Origin: Bigelowiella natans CCMP2755
Taxonomy: Eukaryota > Protista > Cercozoa
Direction of reading: 5' to 3'
Assembly: GCA_000320545.1 (NCBI GenBank)
Contig: ADNK01003348.1
Coordinates: forward strand, 33,511-97,510
DNA length: 64,000 bases
Part shown: one piece after another, positions 54,101 through 64,000 of the stretch
How the letters are laid out: each line of letters opens with the position of its first letter
Position numbering within the stretch: the first letter of the stretch is position 1
Position numbers and translations under genes: made by a program
Notes under the pieces: generated by a model
The model's input: the letters and a program-made list of their open reading frames with translations, nothing else
What the model was told of the DNA's origin: nothing
The model's database searches: none

Positions 54101-54865
54101 CATCATGCATCACAACACACCACATCACACATCACTCCACATAACATCACGCACCACAACACGCCACATCACACATCACTCCACATCTATAGTCTTTTGA
54201 TGTTCCCCCCCTGACCCTTAGCCGTCATCATCATCACTACTTCTTTGCACTTTGCAGGCGCTTGAGTCGCTCTGAGATGGTTGCGTGGCAAAGAGCGAGA
54301 GAAGGCTCGTTAGAACCGTATCGAGGACTTTTTGTGGATCACATCAATTCAGAAGGTTCAACACCACATATGAAGGAGTTGAGTATAGGGAGTTGGGGGG
54401 GGGGCGGGGGGGGGGGAGAGATAGAGGGCGAGAGAGAGAATGAACAATGTTACTTTATCTTCTCTGCTGTTGTGTTTCGCACTTCTTTAAATTCCCTCAA
54501 CTTCCTCCTACTAACTCTCACCATTTAACGTCATCATCGCTGCTATGCTATGCTTTGCTATCCCACCCCCCTCGCCATTGAACAAACACATTGCTGCTAT
54601 CATCAGAGTTTGGAACGGCAGTGGTGAAGAGATCCTGCTCATGTGACTACGGATATGGAGGACCAACATGCGCCCACAAGTTCTGTCCGAATGACTGTTC
54701 AGGACACGGGATGTGTCATCAAGGCACCTGCTACTGCGACGTTAAGGGCGGTTGGAGCGGCTCTGATTGTAGCGTTCATAGATCTCTTGATCACACCAGG
54801 TATGGTGTCCTCAAACAAATTAGTGAGTGGGATGGGGAGGAGGGGCGCTCTCCTATAATCCTCTG

Positions 54866-54905
<40 letters not shown>

Positions 54906-54910
54906 CAGAA

Positions 54911-54951
<41 letters not shown>

Positions 54952-55247
54952 CCCTTCTCGGTGCTTACTACAGCAAGCTTCCTTTCTTGCAAAAAATATC
55001 GCGTTTTTGGCAAACGGTTGTTTGCGTGATCGTCACTCGTGCTTGTTTTATCAGCACACTTCCGACATATGAATCCTTGTGCGAGAGAAATTGCGTCCAT
55101 GGAAAATGCGTGGTAATAGTTGTTTTCACCAACAACAAACGCACAAGAATGATTCTGAAAACAGGGAAATTATGCTTCGAATCCATGACTCGAGCGAGCC
55201 AACATCATCACCGTCGTTGACTCCGTCTTATTATTTCAATCATCGTT

Positions 55248-55283
<36 letters not shown>

Positions 55284-55571
55284 GCCATCCTCATCACTAT
55301 CATCACCATTATTATAACAGATATCGTCGTCCACTAGCGCCAACGGCAGCATAGTAGTATCAAGTTCATGCCTTTGTGACCCAAGATACACCGGAGATGA
55401 TTGCTCCACTCTCGTTACTCCCAAGTGCCCCACTCCCAACTGCAACAATCACGGAGTCTGTGGTCTCAAGGGATGTGTTTGCGATCCTGGTGGGAGAGCA
55501 GCCTCTAGAGACGATGATGATGATGAGGATGATGATGATGATGTTGTTGTTGTTTCTTCTCAATAGTATTT

Positions 55572-55604
<33 letters not shown>

Positions 55605-55708
55605 TTCATCGTATATATAATATCAAGATGTCTTGATGATGGATATCAAAGACACTCAGGGAAAAGCCGAATCTATACAGCACACACGCACACACACGCA
55701 CACGCACA

Positions 55709-55758
<50 letters not shown>

Positions 55759-56084
55759 TACGCATACACGCACACAGGGTTCTTCGGTTCTGGTTGCGAC
55801 ATATACGCTCCAAACAAATGTCCTTACGATTGCTACCTACGGTAGTACTGCAGACAATAAAGAGGACGACCAAATACCTAGATTTTGTTGTTGAAGTGTT
55901 GTGTCACGCCCTTTCATAACAGCACGGCGGCCTGTGGTTTCCTTCGCTATCATTGTTATTAGAATCGCATTTAGCAAATACAGCATGCTACTACCCTATT
56001 TCCTTTGTCCTCTTTTTCCTCCTCCTCCTCCTCCTCCTCCTCCTCCTCCTCCTCCTCTCTTTATGTTTCTACTGCATACACTCA

Positions 56085-56116
<32 letters not shown>

Positions 56117-56765
56117 GAATGCCCTCAGGGGATATGATGGAGGAGGGTTGTTGTCTGCTAACACTGTTTGTGCAACTAACTACGTTGATAATAGAGGAAG
56201 CTGCGTAAACGGCCGATGTGTGTGCAACCGGCCGTTTGGGGGTCCATATTGTGGGGTTAGAACATGCCCAAACCAATGCAGCGGGAACGGTAGTTTTACT
56301 GAATAATATTGATGAATAACAACAACGAGAGACTACTAAGGGAGAAATGACAAAGAAGAAGAAAGAGAAACTCGACGACAATCGACACAGTCCAAAGATA
56401 CCCCATAAGCTCTTCTTTCACCTTGATATTACCCACCATATATATATAACGACATTGCGGCAGGACCCGCATCATCACTACCAGTATGATCATCCTTCTA
56501 ATTATCCACATGTTTTTCAACTTAGGATGGTGTGACACAGAACTGTGGCAATGCGTCTGCAACGAGTCAGATCATCCCAAACTAACAACATTCAGAAAAA
56601 AACACACGATATTTTGTCTTTGTTCTTTAGCCGATGAAGCATTTCTTTTGATTGAACAAACGTTTTTTTTGTGGGAGTGTTTGTGACGCTTTTTTGTCGA
56701 TAATTTGTCTTAGATTATACGAAGGAGCTGATTGTTCGCATCGGATAGAGCAACCCTTTGCCTAG
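51195..56765 (+). CDS. Secreted tenascin/teneurin-like EGF-repeat protein; multi-exon
   Basis: Signal peptide MGLLSGFLLRVSCLVGLFSC and numerous CPNDCS.RG.C…C.C..G..G.DCS repeats across exons. Last exon LYEGADCSHRIEQPFA* (TAG 56763-56765). Confidence 0.85.
54098..54186. repeat. Degenerate pentamer (CACAT/CACAC) array with an internal duplicated segment, intronic
   Basis: ccacatcacacatcactccacat occurs twice. Confidence 0.7.
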
Positions 56766-57150
56766 GCAGCATAAAGATTTATGGTGCTAGTTCTTACGTT
56801 AAGCTAATAGGGCAAATGTTGCCTTGTACGATATTGCGCTTAAATTTTCGAACCAATGAAAGATATAGAGAAATATTAATTTGCTGCATGTGCATGCATG
56901 TACATTATACCGTACTCTGGTACAGTACCCTGCAGCACGACACATGGAAGCCAGTCGATTCCTTGTTATTCACAACATTGTAAACGGAATAGATGTGCGC
57001 TGAGCATCAGGCCATCTCGCTAGCTAGCAAACGCTTCTACAGCGCGACGCACATGCCAAGATCGCATGCTAGCTATATTGCTAAGTACATGGTGCATTTC
57101 TAGATTTCACCATCGATCTAGCCATGATACCGATTTGCAATTCGATAATT

Positions 57151-57195
57151 AGGATCATCGACCATTGAAAAAATTTAATTCTTCATTACATCCGT

Positions 57196-57203
<8 letters not shown>
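57151..57203 (+). repeat. Dispersed intergenic element, copy C (3' part), followed by (TA)n
   Basis: gaccattgaaaaaatttaattcttcattacatccgtcttata. Confidence 0.7.
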
Positions 57204-57235
<32 letters not shown>

Positions 57236-57469
57236 CCATATATATATGTACATATTATATAGTCTTGCATTTTTGGCGCATATACGTACATGCATAGGAC
57301 ACATTCACCTAACTGTGTAGTACTTTGCGTATAACTACATGTGCCTGCCTAGCGATGTCTACTTATTATTACTATGTATGCATCATCAGTAGGTTCAAAG
57401 TCCAACATGCATATGCATCATTTTAATGCTATGTACTGCTGATCATTGTTTCATTGCAAGTCATTGGAG

Positions 57470-58851
57470 TCAAACAGAACGATTTTTGATTGTCAGCGAT
57501 TGACCGGTACTCACAGATTCCAACAAGCTCTTGATGGTAGGGTTCCTCAACAATTGAGAGCGAAACAATGAATTCAGGTACAGAAGCATAGAGACAGAGA
57601 TTGACTTTATGTACTTCCTTCTCCTCCATGCCCATCTTAAGAGTACGACAGCAACTACGGAAAGGACGATATTCTTCACACCCTCAACGAGCCCATCTAT
57701 GTTCGTGAAGGTCTTTCTAGCCTTGAGGTAAAGTGTTGCAAAAGGCGACGAATGGCGCCCAGGAATGTAGTGAAGTCCGTCCACAAGCTTCAGCCATGCC
57801 TCTGCACCTATAGCTTCCACGGCAGCATAACTCGCACTCAAGAACGCTCTATGTTCTTCTTGTGAGAGGAAGGTAAACAGCCGGGAGGGGCTCAATTGCA
57901 TGAACAGCCCTAAGCTTGACCGTTTCTTATCCAGCAAAAATTCCACTATGGAGGCATCGAAGCTGCAACCATCTTTCTTCAATTTATGAAGGTCTTGAAA
58001 GCACCCCATCTTTCTTATCTTCTGGCAGCTGCTGCCCATAGCGCGGAGAAGGTTGAATTTCTTGTTGGTACCCATTTCCATCATTAAGACCTCCATGCGT
58101 CTGTTAGGCGTGCAATATCTCAGAAAAGCTCCTCGTTCCTTGCCTACATCCCCCCTCTCGATGGCGTCGTTGTCCAGCTTGATGATACTTCCTCCATTAA
58201 AATGCAGGGCCGCGGAAACTCTATAGTGGTTATGACAAAGCTCGGTGTAAGTAACAATAGCAGCATCTCGGTAGGTAGATGATTGCGAAGTATTTTATGA
58301 TAGTAACATTTCAAGAAGGACAATACTAATAGTACTAGCGAAAGGGGGATAGTAAGTAGAAAAACATCGAATTAATGTCGGCATTGCAATACACATCTGT
58401 AGTGACCATCACATCCTACACACAAAACTAGTAGCATGTTCTTGGTTACTACCGCTCGGTTTTCTTATTGACCCACACGTAATTAAAAGGACTGTGGGGA
58501 GGAGCTTCTTTCAGGTATACCATGTTGTACTTATTCATTCGTGGCCCCAGGGCATAAAGCCTCCAGTAGCTCACACTGCGGTCTTCTTCTTTGAATAGTT
58601 CTAGAGTCTTGAAGGTGGTGAAGATCTCTCCGCACGTGTCGAGCTTGATGCCGTACCGCCTCGTGAGATACAGCGTGGAAAAGAATCCTTGGTCAGAACC
58701 CGGCCATCTGTTAACGAACCATTTTGGGAACAAGCTCGCGGCATCGTAAGCGGCTAAGATGCTATCCGCAAATCCAATCCATCCACCAGAATTCAGCCAT
58801 CTCATATCAGAGGACGACGATGACGACGAAGAGGGCGATGATGGTGATGAC

Positions 58852-58884
<33 letters not shown>

Positions 58885-60239
58885 AAAGAGGAAGAAAATT
58901 GGGTCGAAGGCGCTGTTCGGGGAAACAATTTGCCACAAATCGAGAAGTCCTTATATCGTATATCAGCGTGCCCTTGCATATCTAGCGTGTTGTTCCCAAG
59001 AGACCTGCCATCATCATCATCATCATTATCAGCATCATCATCATCATCATATGCATGTGTATTTGATAGCTGATAGGCTCGGCGAAATTGTGAGAAGAAA
59101 GTTGAAGGTCAAGTAATGAAAGCAACTACCACTTTGGTCACTACCATTTCTACTCTATATTCACGAATTTTTTCGTCTCCTCCCTTCTCTCTCCATGCCA
59201 GTTTTGATTCCTTTCATTGTTGTTTGTTGGATTGATTCGTTGATCCCACGATGAATACGTACATGCTCATTGGGAAGTAGCGGAATGGAAAACAGTCCGC
59301 CTCCGCGCTAAATAGTAGTTTGGTCTTCTGCCTAAGGAAGCGACGGATAATAGTCGATTTGTCCAGTTGCAGAAATACATCGCTTGAATCGACGTTGAAA
59401 ATGATCGTCCTGTTGCGTTCGTTCGGGGGGATTTTACGAATTGCCTCTGAAACCAGCTGGATCTTTGTTGCACGTGTCATTTTCCTGCATGAGAGAAAAT
59501 AATATGCACGTCAGCTGATCTAATTGCTAAAGGACTTACGAATGTATGTTGTAACAACACTAACAGCATGCAAGCAAGCACGCAACTGGCTGGTTGACTA
59601 ACCGACCGACCCTTTGAAATTTTGGCCTAAGACTTGAAACTGTATCCCCAATGCACAAGCAGTGCGTAACAGTGCACAGCTCTGCTCACGAACGTTTCTG
59701 GTCTCCACAGTTAATGCTTTAAAATTGTAATAGGTCACTGGATCATTTACTGATGAATGTGACAACGGCGACGGATGAGGTTCTTCTCGGATGTCCTTTT
59801 CTTGTTCACTTTTGGGGTTACAATCCACGACGGTCTCTCCCTCTTCCGTCACTAAGGGGAAGGGCAGCATTAAGTAGGCAGCTGCCCAACAGACGGGAGG
59901 ATCTCGTACTAACACACCGCTCATACAACGAATTTTCCATTCTGCCACCGTGGACATACTCTTTCCTCGAGGTGCATGCTCTGACACATAATCCACGAAA
60001 TAAGCAAACGATTCCGTGTCCATGAAGTCACACCTCGCAGCAGTCGATCCCCCATTTCGAATTTTATCGCACATGTCCAGCAACGCTTGTTGGTGGCTTC
60101 GCAACACAGGATCGTTGTTGTCAAAGTTTGTTGGAGTATGGGCAACAGAAAGAGCATCTGGCAGCTGTGCTGAATCACCCGCTAAGCAGCAGCTGGATAT
60201 TAACAGCACCAGAGCTACAAAGGTTGCAGACACCAACAT
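57470..60239 (-). CDS. PLOD/LH3 GT-domain-like glycosyltransferase with signal peptide and C-terminal TM; multi-exon
   Basis: TKIQLV…IIFNVDSSDVF…LLFSAEADCFP, WLNSGGWIG, DQGFFSTLYL…IKLD…IF and HFNGG (~58190-58205). No lysyl-hydroxylase domain seen. Confidence 0.75.
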
Positions 60240-61036
60240 GGATTCCTTAGTCACCCCACAACTGATTGCTTTAACAACTCGGATGGTGTATGCCTTCGGG
60301 TCGTAGACTTATTGTATCTCATTCCCTGTGTTTCATCATCATCATCATCATCATCATCGCCGAGCGGCCGTCTACGATTCCAGTGACTGGAGTTCTTCCG
60401 AGACTTCCTGTCAGACTCGAGCGGATATCGAGAGGACTCTTTCCTGGGACCCGAGATAATAATGTTGAGAGATAATCCAGAGACTACTGCAGCTCGAACC
60501 TAGGAGCATTTGAATTAATGTCAACAAATCAAATTATTTTATCGCTGCCGACGCGGAGGTTTCCCGCGAAGAAAACAGGTGCTCCTAAATGTGCACCTGG
60601 AATTTCGAAACAAAATCCCGTGCTTTTGCTGCGAAAAGGCAAGTTTAGAAAGGGCTAAAAATTTGAAATATGGTACCCTTTTCCACGGTATTTTACCCCT
60701 CAATAATTGTTTCCCAGTGGCGGGAAGCATTGGTGTACTATGCGCGCACCCAAACGCAGTCAATTTGTACGTAGAAATGGGGAAATTAACTGATTTAGAC
60801 GAAAATAGGGGTTTTGTCTAACTAAAAATTTCAATCGTAAGATTATCCAATAGCTACCCCATTGCAAATTGCTGCAGACCACTACGGAAGAGGCGAGGTC
60901 GAACGTTATAGCTATGTCAGAGCTATGTGAGGGGAAACGAAGAAATGTTATTCCCAATTATCTATATCGTACTTATTCGTGTGGCTGATTGAAACTATAT
61001 TGCATCAGGAGGAAAGTTTCAAACAACTACCGAACA

Positions 61037-61679
61037 ATGGAGTCTTACTTAGGGGTAAGCCTTACATTGTCAAAAATGTTGCGATTCGCTCCTCATTAAG
61101 GTATTCCCGCTCAGGAACTGAAAAATAGGACAGTGGCGGATTTCATACTCGAAGATGGGCGGAAATTGTCAGGACTATCATTCGGCGCAGAAAAGAGCGT
61201 TGCCGGCGAAGTTGTGTTCAATACCGGAATGGTGGGCTACCCCGAAGCACTTACGGACCCTTCCTACCGCGGCCAAATTCTTGTGTTAACCTTTCCACTG
61301 ATAGGTATATAACTGTCTTGAGGGACGTCTGTTACACCTTGTATTTCGTCCTCTTCTTCGTGCTAACTGGGATGGATTTCTATGCATCGCAACTTTTAGG
61401 CAACTATGGTGTGCCAGATGACACTAAGGATGAATTTGGATTGCCCAAGAATTTCGAGGGAAAAGAGATTCACATCACAGCTTTGGTAGACAATATGCAC
61501 TGCGTTGATAGATTATTCATCGCATCACCGGCGAACATCGATATAACATTCGCACTGGTGTTTATATCAGATTGTTGCCGACTACTCATACGATCACTCA
61601 CACTGGGCATCGACACGCTCACTCTCTAAGTGGCTCAAGGTGTCTCAATATAATTGCATACACACACACACACACACAC

Positions 61680-61724
<45 letters not shown>

Positions 61725-61837
61725 GAGAGGACTGCAAACTCTCTGTTTCCATGGAAGTGCGAACGTGCATGCTTCAGTGTGTTTTGTGTATGTATGTGTG
61801 TGTGTTGTATGTGTGTTTTGTGTTGTGTTGTGTTGTG

Positions 61838-61877
<40 letters not shown>

Positions 61878-62536
61878 ATATTTACTTGGTACTGCAGGAT
61901 CATGGCATCCCGGCCCTTTACTCAATCGATACAAGACAACTCACCAAAATAATTCGAAACAAGGTGTTGTCCAAATGCAGTAATGTAGAAGAAGGCGATG
62001 ATCATTGTGTTTCGATGATTTCTAAGTCGATATTGATACCATGTAATATATCGGAAAAGTACCTCCACACCTTCCGTTCCTCACCACCACCCTCACTTCT
62101 AACCCCCCCCTTCACACATAGGGAGCGATGCTGGGCAAAATTCAATTCGGAGATGTGAGTAATGAGAGGATGAAAATATGATCTAATCTTTTCCAAATGT
62201 GCGCAAAGGAACCAGAGAAATTTCTAATCGTTCAGTCTCCTGCTAATAAACGACTATCTATCATTCGAGTACCACCACCCAATATCAAAGTAAACATCAT
62301 CACCATTTTGATAGGATGTAATCCCTTTCAAAGATCCAAACAAGACTAACCTTGTCGCTGCGGTAATAAGTAGTAAAGTTGGGTGAAGATAGAGAAGGAG
62401 ATACGTTGATATTCTCCAATAAACCATCTCAAGCCCTTCGTCGTGTGTTAGGCGGCGGGCCTCTAGGATATAGAAAAACTAACTTAAAACCTGATCCCTT
62501 AATTTGGCATTCCCCTCCACCTGTCTATGAATGTAA

Positions 62537-62581
<45 letters not shown>

Positions 62582-62809
62582 GGTTTCCCGAAAGGATGTT
62601 CTCGAGTTGAACAAAGGAGCGGATGTGACAATTATTGCAGTTGATTGTGGGATCAAGTATAACATCATTCGATACCTTGTCCATGAAGGAAAGGTTAGTA
62701 GTACCACCTTCTCTCATCTCTGTTGGTGCTGATGATGGCCGCTACTCACTTCAGATTGCAATCCTTCATCATGCTGAACTAAAAAACGTATCACTGAAAA
62801 TACTACCAA

Positions 62810-62842
<33 letters not shown>

Positions 62843-63025
62843 AACAGGTTCATTTGAAAGTCGTTCCCTGGGATTACGATTTTAATAAGGACGAATATGA
62901 TGGCCTCTTCATCTCGAATGGACCTGGTAACTCGTTGTAGTAGCACTAGTATTATTAAACATCATCTTCAGCATGCATGCATGCATCTGTGTAGTGTCGT
63001 CGTTACGAGTAGCTCTTCAAGTGAT

Positions 63026-63059
<34 letters not shown>

Positions 63060-64000
63060 GTATGTACGTTGTTGCTGCTGCTGATGATGATGATGATGTT
63101 AATGACCACATTAGGTGATCCAACTATGGCTCAAAAGACCATCGATAATCTTCGAATCGCTATCAATAAGGAGAACCCAAAGGTAGCAGCACTGGATACC
63201 ATTACTTATTTCCTGGGAAAGAAAACAAACATTGATATTATTAAATCTGCGATGGCTGTTACCTTTATCCTTGTGCTGATGTTGATGCTATTCCTCCAAT
63301 GTATTCAGCCTATTTTCGGTATTTGTCTCGGAAACCAGCTTCTTGCTCTTGCAGCAGGGGCAAAAACGTACAAGATGAAATTTGGGAATCGTGGAATGAA
63401 TCAACCCGTGATCGACCTGAGAACTACGTTGTGCTACATCACTCCACAGGTACTACCATCATAATATATTTGAATATGCGCGCGCGCGCGTGTGTGTGTG
63501 TGTGTGTGTGCGTTGCGCTGTAATTCTTAAATCCTCCTTAAAATCGTCGTCGTTCTTCACATATGTTATGTTATTCAGAATCACGGTTTTGCGGTGGACT
63601 CTAAATCTCTGCCAAAAGATTGGAGGCCTTTCTTCGTAAATGCCAATGACAACTCGAACGAAGGCATCATCCATACCTTCAAACCGATCTTCTCTGTGCA
63701 ATTTCACCCAGAGGCTATGGGGTCAGTCGTTTTTCAAATAATACTCATATTTTTACGATCTTAACAGGACATAACCCCCTCCACCAACACTCTCCACATA
63801 TCTTTTCATAAAGCATTCATACACATCGTCATCATAGTCATGTTTTCGGATTAATTTATATTCTGCCCCTCTCTGTCTCGTCTTATTCTCTCTCTCTCTC
63901 TCTCTCTCTCTCCCCCCCCACACCCTTCCTTCCTTGAAAACGAAAAGGGGTGCCACATGATGCGGGATTTCTATTCAACATGTTTCTCCACCCAGAGGCG
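61037..64000 (+). CDS. Glutamine-dependent carbamoyl-phosphate synthetase (CPSII/CAD-like), N-terminal glutaminase part; runs off window
   Basis: [26 protein letters not shown]…PLIG|[34 protein letters not shown]|[12 protein letters not shown] (catalytic Cys), QNHGFAVD and SVQFHPEA. Confidence 0.95.

Overview
Eukaryotic nuclear DNA from a gene-dense protist. GT-AG introns are short to medium and packed with (CA)n/(CT)n/(TA)n/(CAT)n microsatellites. One gene has a signal+transit presequence, suggesting a secondary-plastid alga, plausibly a chlorarachniophyte (inference). About 18 protein genes were reconstructed by hand-splicing: the 3' part of a GPS/GAIN multi-TM receptor, a TIGR04283-like GT2, ALG2, a C2H2/acidic protein, eIF6, a CAMK-type kinase, threonine dehydratase, a membrane protein, a ~21-exon selenocysteine thioredoxin reductase (…SCUG*), a decayed helicase-associated (HA) repeat ORF, two divergent scramblase-like paralogues, a double cold-shock-domain protein, a PH–U-box protein, a LON-N domain protein, a tenascin-like EGF protein, a PLOD-like glycosyltransferase and the 5' part of CPSII/CAD. 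Most striking signal: three tracts (~23.8-25.0, ~31.7-32.7, ~34.0-34.4 kb) are almost devoid of TpA except in CTAG. An adjacent 210-bp tandem repeat shows polarised TpA→TpG/CpA substitutions, suggesting a regional 'reverse-RIP'-like hypermutation process. Also notable: a ~50-95 bp dispersed element found only in convergent intergenic regions, and near-perfect strand alternation of genes that breaks only where the TpA-poor tracts lie. Exon boundaries and counts were determined by eye and are approximate.
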